Of a DNA stretch of 64,000 nucleotides, positions 12,147 to 27,062 are shown piece by piece (the first letter of the stretch is position 1; the number at the start of each line of letters is the position of its first letter). Source of the DNA: Epiperipatus broadwayi (taxonomy: Eukaryota > Animalia > Onychophora); the NCBI GenBank assembly GCA_028023455.1, contig JAQFVV010000004.1, forward strand, positions 17,112,001 through 17,176,000. The letters are read 5' to 3'. The notes beneath the pieces are model-generated. The model was not told the DNA's origin, did no database searches, and saw only the letters and a list, made by a program, of their open reading frames with translations. A program made the translations under genes and the position numbers.

Positions 12147-15100
12147 TCGATATTTTCTACATCATACTGAAATAACAGTTAAGGATTAAATCATTTTGAA
12201 TTTAAATTTTTTTTATTAAAAATTAAACATTTTAAAAAGGTCTAATTAATATATTATTAATTCTGATTTTGAAATTAAAACGAGCACATTTTTGTGTTAA
12301 AATATATATACTGATAATTATAAAATTTCACTATCTATTTTGATTAAAGCACTTTTTTTAATTAAAGCATGTATAACATATTTTGATAAAAATCATGCAT
12401 GTTGTTTGTGAAAAGTAAAATAAATTGAAGAGTTATTAACTTTTTTCAATCAAGATAAAGAAAACTTACTTTTAATTACCTTGTTTTGTCTTTTGTTTTT
12501 TTTAATTATACCCTGACTATAAAAAGCTTGGAAAAAAGATTGAGTTTTTAAAGTTTTTACAGAGTGTGACAGAGACTATGAAGAGATAATTGAAGTCAAG
12601 AGACAGTGCATGTCAGCCAGTGCTAGTTTACATGGGAGTAAACGTCCTGCTTTCTATGTTCTCCATAGCCCATAGTGAATTAATTAATAACTTTGATTCA
12701 TTCTATTTTTTATATATACATACATTATACGTGTACATTTATGCATTATTAAAACCGAAGTGAATTTTTTATATGTCTATAACAATTTGAACATGTTAAT
12801 TTAAATTATTATACAGCTCATTTCAGTGCTTATATATATGTATGAATTATATGTATATTTTTGATATTGAGTTGTAAACTAAGAAAATACAATATGATTT
12901 ATTAGGTTTGTTAATAAAGTATACTGGAAATGTATCTTAATTTTTGTTGAATAAAGTTATTCACTTTGTAGTGTTACAAATGGTACTCAACTGTGGGCCC
13001 AATGCTGATGCAAATACTGGAGGTCATTTCTACAAAATTTCCTATTAACTTGATTTCAAATATATCCACATCTGAGAGAGAAAAAGTATACATTTTATGC
13101 AGAATTTTCAAAATTAGTGTGAAATATGTGACAAGAGTATTGATGGTTATAAATTATAAAATAGTAGTTTTAATGTATATTTAAAGAGTTTATGTTTAGA
13201 GTTGAAGATAAAATCTATGATTTTGGAGATTGAATTGAGTTTTTGACTTTTGAAGTTTGTTTAGCTGTACTTTCAGTTTTGATGATGGATGGAGGATACA
13301 ATGTTTTCATGCACCTCTGATTTCAAGCATTGCTCCAACTTATTTTCTGATTTCCTATTGGTTATTTTGGTGCAGTTAATCTAGTCTGGCCATGATCACC
13401 AGCCTCTAAGTTTCCATGAAAAAGAGCAAGGCATAATTTTGTATTTTCCAGCCCCTAACAGGGCTTTGCAAATATTTTTGCACATTTATTTCATATCAAG
13501 CATTTTGGTAGCTTAGTGTCTAAATTGAGGTAACCTTTTGGTATTCATGTTGCATTGTATATTTATAATCGAATTCTTTAATTATCTCAGAATTGCAGAT
13601 CACTATTTATTCTGTTAGCTGTCTCATGCCCATTAAATCTCTAAAAAACTGATGAGTACATAATCTGAGGCATGAACTTCATGTTAATTATACATATATA
13701 TTATGTAAAATATTGTTAGATTGGTGTTTCATTTCTCTTTTCCCCATGAGGATGCACATATATACATAAAGTTGAAAGGAAAAATAGAAATAAACACAAA
13801 CAAAAATTTTTTTGTAGATATTTACTACATTACACTGGAATAACAGTTGAGGATTAAATATTTTAAATTTTTTTATTATAAATTAAACATTTAAAAAAGT
13901 CTAGTTAATATTTTAATTCTGATTTTGAAATTAAAACAAGCCTGATTTTATGTTACAATAAATATACTGGTAATTATAAAATTCTACTATCTCTTTTGGA
14001 TTAAATTCTTTTTTAATTAAAGCGTGTATAACATATTTTAATAAAGATCTTATAGTGTTGTTTTTGTAAGGATTAAGTTAAATTGAAAAGTCATTAACTT
14101 TTTTCAATCAAGATAGGGAAAAACTTATTTTTAATTACTGCTTTTTCCACCCTGACTATAAAAAGTTTGAAAAAAAAACATTAGGAGAGTTTTTTAGTTT
14201 TTACAGATTGTGACAGCATGATGATTATGAAGTTATAACTGTAGGCAAGAGACTGCAAGTCTGCTGCTGCTACTAGTTCACAATGGTAGAGTTTGGATTC
14301 ACATGGAAATAAAGGTCTGCTAGGTTCTCAATAGGTCATATTGTATACTAACTGATATGCCTGAAGTCTCAAATTCTAGACTAAATGGAGCAGATTGAAT
14401 GTCAACAGTTACCAGATTATACCTTTCCTGAAGATGACAATAAGCCAGTCTACTGTTTAGAAGGGACTACTTTATCTATAGGGTTTATCAACTTGCTGAA
14501 AAATTAGTTTATACATATACTGTTTTATCTATATGCAGAGAGGCATGGATAAATGTACTGCATCATATATATAAAGTACAGCTGGAAAGTTATTTTAAAT
14601 AATTTCTTTAGTGAAGATAATGGTTGTAATTTTTAAATTACAATTTTTTTAAAGTAAATAACTATTCAACAAAAAGTAAGAGCATTTCCAGTATATTTTG
14701 TTAACAAAGGAAAAGTCCAAAAACTTTTCTAGATTAGGGAAAAAAATCTAGATTATGCAAAAATACTTGCTGGAGTATGTTTAGATGTTTACCTAATAAA
14801 AAGAAAACTTTTATGAAGGACTGTCAAAGAATTAATATTTTTTTTAAAAAGTCAAAAGAAAAGAAACTTCTTTATCATTAGATAATGAATGAATTAATAA
14901 CTTTGATTCATTCTATTTTTTATATATACATACATCATGTGTGTGCATTTATGTATTATTTAAAATAAATTGAATTTTTTTTATATAAGTCTATGATAGT
15001 TTGAACATATTAATTTAAATTATTATACAGCACCTCTGAGTGCTTATATATATATGTGTGAATTTTATGTATATTTTCAACATTGAATTTATTCTGTGTC

Positions 15101-18010
15101 AAGAAAATATGTGGTTTATTAGGTTTATTTTTTATAAACACCAGTGTATGCACACATATATGTTAAATCAGTTATTATGTATCATAAAAATGAATTTTAT
15201 TTGACAATTCAAATATGTTCACAAATTATCATAATGCATATCTGTATGCTTATGTGTTTTATTTAAACCCATATTGACGTATTTATAAATCACAATGTGA
15301 TATCTAATTGCATTAATCAAAATCAGAAGACTTAATTTATATGTATAACCATATTCTACTGACCTTAATTTTATTTTTATTGTTATTAATAAATTGATAT
15401 TTCAGTATTAAAATTATTCCAGTGAATTTAATTAATTCTAGAATAGATTTAAAACATTATGTATTAGGATTGTATCTCTTGCTCATAGTAACAGTTATAG
15501 AACTTTTGTTCCTGAGCTAGATTTATGCGTAATGGTCTGTTATATGAAAAGGGATTTATATTCAGTATTTATGGACATGCATTTGATGATAATCCTGGAG
15601 GAGCATAAAGGGGATATCCTTTAAAGTCCATGCACTATATTTTATTTAGTTAATATTTTTTAAAAATTAACATTATATTTGGCCAGTATATTAAAGATAC
15701 TAAGTGGTCAGAGTAGTGATGATGATCAGCATGCTTTAGTATCCCAGCATTATTTTTAGTTATATATTGTAATCATCTTGGTTACATAGCACACAACATA
15801 GTTGTCTGTGTGCATATATATATATATATATAAAGTAAAGGAAAAATAGAAATAAACACAGGCAAAATTTTTGTAGATATTTACTACATTTCACTTGGAC
15901 TAATTAATAATGACTATAAAGGCCAAATCTGAATTTAAAACAGAATTTTATTATGAAATAAATATTTTTTAAAAAGGTCTAATAAATATTTATTAGTCTG
16001 ATTTTGAAATTTAAAAACAAACAGTATTTATTTTGAAATCTTTTAATTAAAACTTGTATAAAATATCTATCGTTTATTATTGTTTGTTTACATTTCCATT
16101 ATCTATTTTTTTTTTAAATCTTCGATAAGATTTCCAAATATAACTTTTTAATTAAAGGTGCTTTTGGAGGGATTAAAATTGTTTCCAATCAAGAAAGATA
16201 TTTAAAAAACCCAGTTTTTAAATTAGTGTTGTTGTCACCTCAATCCAAGTCTATAAAAGGTTGGATAAAAGATTATTTCAGTTTGCTTTTAGTTTTTGTA
16301 AGAGCTGGCAGGAAATAGCTGGACAAATTGGCCATCTGCAAAAGTGTCTTAATTTCTTTATGAAGCAGTGGTCAAATTGGTCCACTGCAAAGTCTGAATT
16401 GTTTTTGTAAGAGCTGGCCAGAACAGTTTGGCTAGTAAAATTTTTTTAGTAAGTAGCAGCAATTAACTGACAAAAATAGATAGCTGTAGTTTGTTGTTGG
16501 CTGTAGCAGAGTTGGAAAAAATAGCTTCCATGAAGATATAGCTGAAGTCAAGCCAGTAAATCCAGCAGTGAGCAGTCTACTAGTTCTATATACTGGAGTT
16601 TTGATTCACTTGAAGACTGGGTCAACTTCAAAATTGGATCAATTAGCCTATTAAATGTGTTCTAAGAAGATAGCTGCTTGCCTGGAATAATTCTGGACAG
16701 AAGGGAGATCATTGCAGACCAAATTACTTGAACTATACCCTTCTTTATATGGACCAGCTATATGCAGAGAAACACAGATAAATATATATATAGCTGGTGA
16801 GTTATTTTAAAATAATTCATTTAAAAGACATTTTTAAATTTTTAATATTTAATTTAAAGATGTTATAATTAGTTAAATGCAACCTATGATAGTGTTATAT
16901 ATAATAATGAAATTTTAAACAATTTCTTTGGTTTAAAATGACATTTGAATCTATAACTTAAAATAAAACAAATAAGTAATTTGCAGGAGTCAAATGTCTA
17001 AAAGAGAGACTGTTTTCTATATATATTTTGTAAAGAAATTTTCATATTCATTAAAAATGACTTAACAATTATTTTAAATCATTTATTGAGAGAGCAGAAA
17101 GACATTTTGAATTTCATATTTTTTAATTCTAAAAACCGATTTTATTTTTCGTTTATTAAAAAAAAACAACATTTTAAGTGCCTTAATTTTAAAAAATCAA
17201 AAAAAGGTAAAGAATAAATTATTCTATAATTTTAATTTAAAAACTTTGATAATTAATCAACAAGTACCTGTCAAAAATTGACTATACTTATTTTTTTAAA
17301 GTAAAAAAACCTTATAAACTGATATATTTTTTTTGAAACAAAAAAAAACCTGATAACTAATTTTAAATTATATCTATATTTTGTTATATACGTGTATATA
17401 ATTTATGTATGTTTTCCAAATGAAATCAGTTCAGAAAAATTCATATCATTTTTTTAAAAAATTTCATTAAATGTCAATAGAAATATATTAATTGTATATT
17501 ATGAATCATGCGTCTCTGCACATATATATTGTAAATCAATGTAATAACTTGAATATTATAAATCACATATATGTAAATCACGATGTGATAATTTATTTTA
17601 TTATAGTATATTAATGAAAAATTGTAGTTATATTCTATGATCTTAATATCATTTTTATTGTTAATAAACTTGTGTTCAATTATGAAAATTATTCCAGTGG
17701 TTCTAAATATTTTTAGAATGTTTCCATCATGTCTTGATCACATATGGTAATAGAGCTTATATTCTCTGATCTAGATTTGAGCATGGGCTGATTATATAAA
17801 TGGGGATATATTGAGTGCTTTAGGAGCATCCAGTAGTGATCAATCATCATCATCCTGGTTGGTGCATAAGATTATATTCTTTAAAGCTCTTGCACTACCT
17901 TTTATTTCAGTTTAGTTTTAGAATTTAAATTTATAGTTGGCCAGTATATTAATGGTACTAAGTGCCAGAGCATTGATGATGATCGGCATGTTTTAATGTC
18001 CCAGCATTAT
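12147..18010 (+). repeat. Tandem triplication of a ~2.1-kb unit (unit 1 ~8060-8118 + 12147-12920; unit 2 ~13750-15770; unit 3 ~15810-18010)
   Basis: All units share the start ggaaaaatagaaataaacaca...tagatatt, a caatcaaga...ctataaaa module and further shared blocks. Unit 1 has an internal deletion. Confidence 0.75.
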
Positions 18011-18029
18011 TTAGATTTTTCTGGTTATG

Positions 18030-18800
18030 TATTCTGATGGATGAGCACTTAAGTTGGTGCATCCAAATTAGTGTTTAAATAACTTCCCCAAGCTGGCAAA
18101 GGCTCAATAGTTAGCCTTGTCTACAGAAGACCCATTTTCAATCCAGTCACCAGATTGACTGTTGATTTTATTTATGTATTTTGATTGTTAATCATTCATG
18201 AGGATGATTATTTATTTTCAGTATCTCTCATACTTACTTTTATTTATAATGCTGGTTGATGGTTAATTAATTATGCTTGTAGTTGCTCTTCTGAGCCAGC
18301 TGGCTGATCTCTGAGATTTCTCTCTCATGCTCTCTTTGATACATAAAATTGCTTATATATTTTTTGATGTTAAACATTAACATTTTTTAAAATAATATCT
18401 TACTATTATATTATATTACTTTATACTTTTAATAAATTTTAAATTGAATTGACTGGGGTGGATGATGATGTTCCATCATCCCAGGTATGACCATCTATTA
18501 ACCACTCTGGATTCCCTATCCCATTATAATATTCTGATGGATTCACACTTAAGTTTGTGCATCCAAATTAATGTTTAAATAATCTGATCCAAGCAAGTAA
18601 GGCCTTGTGTATAGTAGACCCATTTCAAATCCATTCACAAAATTGACTGTTGATTTATTTTTATTGTGGATCATTCATGGTCATGAATAGTTATTACTTG
18701 TGTGTAGTGCTGGTGAACTTACTTAACATAGTGTCTATGTCCTATCTCATGCTATCATTCCTCATGCTCATTTATTTTGTATTTAATTTTAAATTTAGAC
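18030..18800 (+). repeat. Diverged direct duplication (~18030-18300 vs ~18530-18800)
   Basis: Shared attctgatggat...cacttaagtt.gtgcatccaaatta.tgtttaaataa...agacccattt...attgactgttgattt. Confidence 0.65.
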
Positions 18801-20899
18801 TTCGGGTTAATAATGATGAGTATCATCATCCCTGGAATTCTTTGTACTATTACAATAGATATTGAAATGAACAATCTATCATTCACTTAAATAAATAAAA
18901 AAAATAATTATTATTCTTTTCTTCCATGCTAAATCTATGCAAATTTGTTTTTTAAAAAAAAAACTAAAACAAGGTTCAAGAAGAAACTAAGTTTTAGATA
19001 TAAAAAATCAGTTTGTTTTTCTTTGGACCAGAAGGGAATATTACTTCACTCAAATCCCAGGATTTTACCACACCTCATGAATAAAAATGAAGAATATCAC
19101 TAACAGTTAGCTAGACCTAATCTGGGACACTTATGAATGATATTTTGAATAACTTCAGCTAAAATGAAGAATTAGCATTTATTTAAATGGCAATCAGATA
19201 TTATCATCCTAAATGGACTTTTAGTATTTGTCAAAAAGAAATAAATTAAAAATTGTATTGTTTAGGTGTGTCCTATATTTAAAGAGTGATTTGTATTTTT
19301 GTTTAAATAATATGAATTTGTAAATAATGCTTGTTATATAGATATTATTTAAAGAAACTGTTAGTTTTAAAAAAGAGGAAATGAATTTGCAATAACTTCT
19401 CTTCATTTGTCAAAATTATTTTTAAAAAAATAATAATAATTATATATCACATGTATACTCTAAGTTTATATGTTATTAATAAGAGAAAATGGTAAAGAAA
19501 TAATGATAATCATGTAAATGCAATGCGCACATATGAATTGCCCAAGTCTTAAATAATCATAGTTAATATAAAATTATTTTTATTGGTCTCATCCGTTCAT
19601 AGTTAAACATATTTAATTACTGAAATTGGATTTTATGTAGATGGATTTATATATGCACAGTTGTTTGTTTTATAGTTTACATATGTTTGCATCCATATTG
19701 GAGAATACATTCTTATCAGTTTAATGAGTTAGGGATCGATCTTGGATGATTCATCCTTGTATAAATTGTAGTTGTATTAAATTAGGTTTTGGACTAAAAG
19801 GCCATTCCTTATAATTATTCTATAGAAAGTTTATTCAGTTAGGGTTCAAACCAAAGATCATCTTCTTATATTTATTATTACATAAGTGCTTACGTTTAGA
19901 AATAGGATCTAAAAATGACCATTCCTTATGTTTGTTGTAATAAAGATAGTATTGATATTTATCCCATATAGAATATAAGTGTGTGTAAGTACTAGGAGAC
20001 ATGTGAGTCAAAGAAATGTTATATTTATGAATTCATACAAGCCTAGAATTATATTTAAGTTTATTGAAGACGGAGTTAAAGATACGGTGAATGTAACATC
20101 ATTTATGAATATATTGATACTAATGCTGTATAAAGATTAAAAGATTTTTTTTAAAAGAAATAAATTGCATATCAATTAATGCTCATATTTTATAAAAAAT
20201 TATTATTATATGAGTTGTTAATTTTATTAAAGAAAATAAATAGTATATTAATTAATAAGTACATTTTAAAATAAATTATTACATCATTTGTTACTTTGCT
20301 TATGTAAGATTGCTTGATCTACCATCATTCATTGGGAGTACCTTATATTCTCTGCAATTTAGCCTGGCATTACAAATGGGCTGTAGAATGATTACATTAT
20401 TATATTGAATAAAATATTGTTTATATATATGTGTGTGTATATGCGTTAGTTTATTTCTTGATGGTTAAAGCCAGGTAGTGCCCATTCATTTATGTAAATA
20501 AATAAAGTTTTGACTGTCTTGCTATCCTGATTTGTTCCGCAAGATAAGTTAAAGTTTTATATATTTTTAATAACATCTGGAAAAATTTATGTTGCTGGAG
20601 AATATTTGCTTAGTGAGTGGGTGAGAAAAGAGAGTTGGAGCACAGAGATAGATTTAATTGGATTTGAAAAGATCAAGAAAAATATTGCTAATGTTTGGAA
20701 AATGATTTGATATGCTGACATTTTAAATATAAAAGGAAAACATTTTTTGTGTATGTTTACTGTAAGGAGGTTTTAAAACTAAGTCATATGTAAGATTAGT
20801 TGGATTTTAGGAAATTTTCTATTTAAAAATGCTTCAATTTAAGTAAGAGAATGATTTATTTGAGAAAGAAGATAATGTTTGAGGGTGTGAATTTAGGGG

Positions 20900-22550
20900 A
20901 GCACGTGTTTATCATTCGCCATTTTAAAAAAAAAGTTTTTTTTTCCTTTTGTATAAAGAAGTTTGAAGAGTGGTAGAAAAATGATAAATTTAAATATAAA
21001 TTAGGGGAATTGAAAAATTAGGAAATATGGATTGCATTTGTATCCCACAATGTATGTATAATAGTCAGAAGGTAAAGAAAGAGATTTAGATGGATGGGCA
21101 ACTGAGATGGTAATGAATTTGGGAAACAGGGCAAAATTAATTCTATTATTATGTTTTAATAAGATGACCCAGAAGATAGAATTTCCAGATATAGAGTAAG
21201 GCTATTACTTAATAAGGACCATAGAAAGATAAACAATTATAGACTGATAGCGGTAATATTAGTGTTATATATAGTTTTTGCATATATGGTGGCTGGGTGG
21301 AAAAGGGATGGAAGAAAATAATATAGTGGACAAAATGCAAGGAGGTTTTAGAATGGATAGATGTATAGGAGATAGTTTATTTGCAATTAGACAACTTATA
21401 GATATGAGTAGGAATACAGGTAGCCGGTTATATATAGTCTTATAGATATAGAGAAGGCATATGGTAGAATAAATAGAAGTAGATTATGGGCAAGTTTAGT
21501 AAATTTGGGAATGAGTAGATCTTTAGTGGATCTTAGTAAGAAATTGTATGAAAATAATTACTATGCATATCATGTAGGAAATATAGAATCAATTAGAGTT
21601 AAAAATTAGATGGGACTAAGGCCAGGATACTCTATGTCGCTATTTTGTTTTTGTTATATTTGAGAGAAATAGAAAGAGTAATAGAAAGACTAGGAAGAGG
21701 GATATAGATACCATTAATAGATGGCAAGGGGGTGTATACATTATCAGGTCTTTTATTTGCTGATGATATCGTCTTGTGCACAGAAAGTATGGAAGATATG
21801 GAAATTATGATGAAGACATGTGCAAGGGTGGATAAAGAGATGGGGACTAAATTTAGTGAAGAAAAATCAAAAGTAATGATGATAAATGCTAGGGAAAGAG
21901 AAGATAAATAATTTTTATTGTGGGATATAAAGTTAAATATGGTGAATAGATATAACTATTTGGAAATTGTATTAATCAGAGAAATTACTTGGATGAATTA
22001 GGAGAAAAAAATGATAAATGAAACAAAGATAAAAATAAAGGGGCTGATAAAGAAATTAACAGTGTTTTTATATAATAAATATGATATAGCAAGAATTGTA
22101 TGAAGGGGAGAGGCAATAGCAGGGTTAACTTATGGTAATGATGCATTATGTGTTAGTAAAGGGGTGTTAGATTACTTAGAAAAAGTACAAAGAGAAGTAG
22201 GAAAACTTGCATTAGATGTAGATGAATGGATGGCAAAGGAGTCAATTCAAGGAGAAATGTGATGGTCAAGTTTTTATGAGGTATGCAAAAAGCAAAATGT
22301 TCGGTAGATTGCAATTTATGGATAGAAAGAGAATAGCCAAAATAATATTTAATTGGGTTACGATTAAAGGACAGACAACAAGATGGGTGAGAAAGGTAGT
22401 ATGATATGCAGAAGATTTGGATAAAGATTTTATGTCAGTATACTTCTACAAAAAGGTGGGATGATTGTGTTAAGAGAATTGTTGATTGTTATAGTAGCAA
22501 GGAATGGGATAGAAGAATAGATAGATTAATGAAAAATAGAGAGTTGGAGA
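20900..22550 (+). mobile_element. Decayed non-LTR retrotransposon (LINE) RT and C-terminal region
   Basis: Frameshifted motifs NNYRLIA, QGGFR, IDIEKAY, GLRPG, LLFADDIVL (21756-21767), GLTYGNDALC and VQREVGKLAL. The 5' boundary and the clade are uncertain. Confidence 0.85.
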
Positions 22551-22653
22551 ACACTAGTTTTCCAACTCTCTATTTTTTATAAATTTATTTTACTTGTTAG
22601 CCTGATATAATTTTGATTAACAATTTTTTTTTCTTCACATTATTTCTTTTCAG

Positions 22654-22842
22654 ATTTATCAACAATGGATTCAGCAGTGTTTTTGGAATGTTCTTGATTG
22701 GTCAGAGATATGTGTATATATTAGTTTGTGCCTTCTTTTTGGGAAGGATTATCAAGTTTATTACTGTGTTGCTGTTTTACAGCATCTTCAGCCAGCCATT
22801 TTAAAATATTCCCAGAGTGAGCAGTTTTTAAGCTTTCTTAAG
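22654..22842 (+). CDS. TBC1D32: TBC1D32/BROMI coding exon, IYQQWIQQCFWNVLDWSEICVYISLCLLFGKDYQVYYCVAVLQHLQPAILKYSQSEQFLSFLK
   Basis: Polypyrimidine tract plus cAG acceptor, donor AAG|GTaagt, 63 codons in phase 0/0. Strong match to BROMI QWITQCFWNYLDW...GPDYQVYICIAVFKHLQ. Confidence 0.93.
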
Positions 22843-24612
22843 GTAAGTAAATTTACTCGGACTAAAATCAGCAAAGACAAAAAAAATAACAAAACCCCAC
22901 TAATATTGAAAACATTGCATTATTTTATTTTTCCGGCTAATTTTTAGTCTTTATTTGATATCAGAAATCTCTTTTTCAAAACCATTTCTACGAGCATGAG
23001 TTATTAAAGCTGAACAAACAGTATAAAAATAGTAAAGGCCAATAAAACAGAAAAGTCTGTTAAACATTTGATATCCAGTATTTATTTTTGCTTGTAATGA
23101 TGAAGTAAAGCTATAACTTAGTTAGCAAAGCAAATATATATAAAATGTTAAATTTTAATAGAATTTCTCTCACAGTAAGAAGGTTGATATCAAGTAAAGC
23201 AGTATAATTACTGAATAAAAATAATCAGTATGAAGAGATCAAAACAGCCCTTGAAAAAGCTCAAAATAAAACTACATTATTGTATCAAAACATTAATGAA
23301 TAAAGATGTTTGATTAACTATAACTTGAGATATAAAAAAAATACAATAATTAAAATGCAATTTGTACAAAAATTATTAAACAATAAATTTACAATTCTAA
23401 ATCAAACAAAAGTGTGAATAATTTTTTTTTTTTTTTTACATAAAAATAATATTTTATAAAATGATATCGAAAACCATAAGACAAATCTAATCTTTGCATA
23501 TCTTGTATTAAAATACATTAAAACAAATCCCAGTTACCACTTATCAGGAAATAATTCCAAGGAACTTTTAAGATGTCAATATGGTGCCAATAATGATAAA
23601 AATAATACAATCAGATAATCAAAGCATTAAAAAATATTCATTGATTGCATGTGGAATAAAGTATCTATGTAAGATAATTTTGAAAAATAATATTAAATTA
23701 TTACTGGCCATTGGTAATCCAATTTCCAAATGAGGAATACTTTAAATCAATTATAAAAATATTTCATATATTAATATTTACATATGATTAGGTCAACTAT
23801 AAGGATATGAATAGATCTTTTACAATAAGACAAGCACTAAAATTGATAAGGAGTAGGCTTATTATTAATATGCTACTCTCAAAACTACTGAGAAAATTTG
23901 ATACACTACAAAAATCTAATAATGGAAGTGTTAGTTTTATTCTATACTTATGTTTAAGCTAACCAATATCATCAATATTAACAGCCACTAGAAAATGAAT
24001 ATGGCCAATGTCAATTCCAGAATAAATAAAAAAAGAGCAAGATAGAATGGTCAAAAAGTTAAATATGAGTTTTGCAATGACCATATAAACCAATACATGA
24101 AATACAAATATATCCACATACAAGTCTGCTTATTTGACATCTTGTAATGCTGTCTTCCATAGCCAACTTTTTTTACTCAAAAATTTAAAATTATTTATAG
24201 CATCTTTTAAGATAATTTTTAGCCCAAAAGTCAAATTTTTATAATATATTTTTTATGAAGTCTATTATATTCCATTTGATGTAATTGTTAAATAAATCTC
24301 AGATATATATGTGGATGATCTACCAGAGCATTTCTATTTGTTAAGTATGTCTGTAATGACATAAATGATTAGTATACTAACATTAAAACATTAGCCAATA
24401 AAAGCTATGATCACTTTAGGTGATGTGTGTGTGTGTGTACAATGGAATAAGTAGATAGTGAGAGAATGTTAAATCAATTAATTCTCTTTTGATGAAGATG
24501 ATCAAAGAGTGATCATGCTATATGTTGGGCAGTCAAATATAATGGAAAGCAAAAGGTTATCCATAGATAGTGTTGATCAGAATATATGCTACAGTTCAGA
24601 GGATGATTATAT

Positions 24613-25101
24613 TGCTATATCCGAGGGTTAGATACAGACTGTGAATAAATAAAATCACAAATATAACTTTGTTAGTTATTTATTTAAGGTAATATCAATA
24701 ATGAAGAATACATATTAAAATATAAATTAGTTATTAGTCTGAAAAACAGTAATATGAAGAACAACTTGTTGACTATACACATTACTCGACAGAGTGTATA
24801 TCTTTCTTTCTAAGGAAATAAAACAATATTAACCCTTTTGTCTTGCTGCAGTCAGCATAATTTAGGAATTAACTGTTTCCTTTTCCATTATTCATTGACT
24901 GCTAAGACTACAGCTTCACTGGAGGAGACTTAACTTTCTTTCTCTATTGCTGCATCTTCACTAAAACTACTTTACTTTTATAGATGCAAATGAGTCTATA
25001 TGCACTGCTTTCTAATGTTCTAATTTTATAGTAATTCAGCACAGACTCCACACAATAGGAGACTAATCACTAAAAAATGGAGACAGAAATCTAATCAGAC
25101 A
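24613..25101 (-). repeat. 3' LTR of the Gypsy element
   Basis: About 80% identical by eye to 29416-29901. Preceded on the minus strand by the purine-rich GGAGTGGGAGG (degenerate PPT). Confidence 0.8.
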
Positions 25102-26329
25102 TTTCAGTCACCTCCCACTCCAAAATTAGCAGGTTTAATGACAAACAAAATCTTTAAATTTAGAAGATGGGTGGTGTATTGGAGTTCTAGAAACTACCAT
25201 CAGAGCTTCAACCGCTGCTGTAACTCAATCTTGTTGATCAAGTATGGCTTCTTCATTTATCTCCATCTCTAGGTTACGTTCTAGATGTCGCTATCTCCTC
25301 TTTTCATAACATTGGACTAATATACTGTTCATTTTGGACAATCTCAACTATAGGATCCTCATAGAGACAATGTATGTGGATTATGTGCTCCTAAATTCTT
25401 TATCATGTGGCAACTTTACAAGTCTAATTTGCTTTGATAGTATCTTTATGATTATTCCTGTTAACCATTGATGTTTAAGCAAATCCCATATCCATATTTG
25501 CTCCTTTGTAAAAAATCCATGAAATTTTGGTTTTTATTTCTCTTATTAACCGTAGGTAACAACTGAGTTAAATGAGTACAGAAAGAGTGACTCATCAGCA
25601 ATTTGACTAGTTTTCCCGGTTGCAAAATGTGAAATTTTACTAGATGTAAAATATTGGTTGTACATCATCTCTATCAAGGCTTCAAACTATTTTTTAAACT
25701 TTGTATAGCTTTTTCAGCAATCCCATTACTCTCCATATGATGAGGAGTAAGAATATGTTTAATAATAGGCATCAATCTAGGTGTCCATCTATGAGAGTCC
25801 ACGGAGTTATGGGTCTTGTCCACATTTTTGATTGCTTGGGTGGTAATTTATCTGTCTGTTGACAATCTGAACATTTTAAAAGTAAATTTTCAATATCCCC
25901 AATTATATTAGCCACTAGACAAGCGCAAGAGTTTTCATTCTTACAACTTCCGAATGACCTTTATGTAGCAAATTTATTACTTGGATTCTTCCAGCAGGAG
26001 GCACGAGTATATGATCTGTGTTCAATATACATCCACAACAAACTGAGTCTATCTCTATCCAAATTATTTTATTTAATTCAGGGAGAAGAGTATTCAGCAA
26101 CTACTTTTGATCCATTTCACCAGCTGTTCATAATCTTTATCTCATCTAGTCCATTCTGCTACTGCAGCACTATTTATTATCTATGATTTCATTGAATCTA
26201 TACAATTTATGTCTTTAACCATATATACTTTTTCTTTACGATCGGATAATTGTGACAAAGTGTCTGCATGTCCTATTTCACTTTCCGATTTGAAAACAAA
26301 TTGATAATCATAATGAGAGAATATATTAA

Positions 26330-27062
26330 CCTTTTGTAGTGCTGATTATTTTATTGGCCGAGTGGGGTAAAAGTCTAAACTTTTAATTGGTCAATTCACA
26401 AACTCAACCGTCAAAATATATTCATCCTTTAATATTATATTAACTTTAGTTTCATTTGTAAAAAGTATATTAATAATTTGTCAGGTTATGAAAGTGAACG
26501 AAAGTTTTTTCAAAAATAAATTTTTATTTATAATTATAAAAATATTCGATAACGGCAAATCTAAAATGAACATTGCTCACCAACTAAAAAGTTTTGCTGA
26601 CATCAGTGATTTCTTTCCCAATTTTACGTTGCGGAAAAGTAAATAATTTTTGCTAAAGTCTTAACTATTTTTCAAAAATAATTTTATTTTTAGCATATTT
26701 TATCAAAATAATTTATAATTTGTCAAAAAATACTTTTAAAATGGTCTAAAACATTCGTTTATCAGTTTCGAAATGAAAGAAAAGAAATCGTAGCGGTTTA
26801 GTTATCGACAAGCGGTTTTCTTTGTCCTTGATAGTTAACAGCCAATCAGCATCAAGGACGGACTGCCCTCTTCCTTTGTTAGACTTTCAACATCACTTTG
26901 ATTCATTTTTTACTTGTAAAATAATTCAAGAGAGGGCAGCATCTTACGGAACTTTTTTTAACCTTTAAAAAGAACGCAAAATCTTAACGGTAGCGTTAAA
27001 AATGACAGAATTCGAGCGACTTGAAACCGTCTCATTTTTAGTCGCAATGACCATTAAAAAGG
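26330..27062. mobile_element. Non-autonomous piggyBac-type element nested in the Gypsy RNase H region
   Basis: TTAA at 26326-26329 and 27063-27066, with termini CCTTTT...AAAAGG. Removing it restores the pol frame WWINIFSHYDYQF. Confidence 0.8.

Noticed and set aside
17970-18540. TGATGA...CTGA pairs resembling C/D-box snoRNAs
   Set aside because: No terminal stems or recognisable rRNA guides, and the motifs are common in this repeat.
19720-19860. TTAGG/TTAGGG motifs and B-box-like GGTTCAAACC
   Set aside because: Isolated, not tandem, and no credible A-box. Cannot be called telomeric or SINE.
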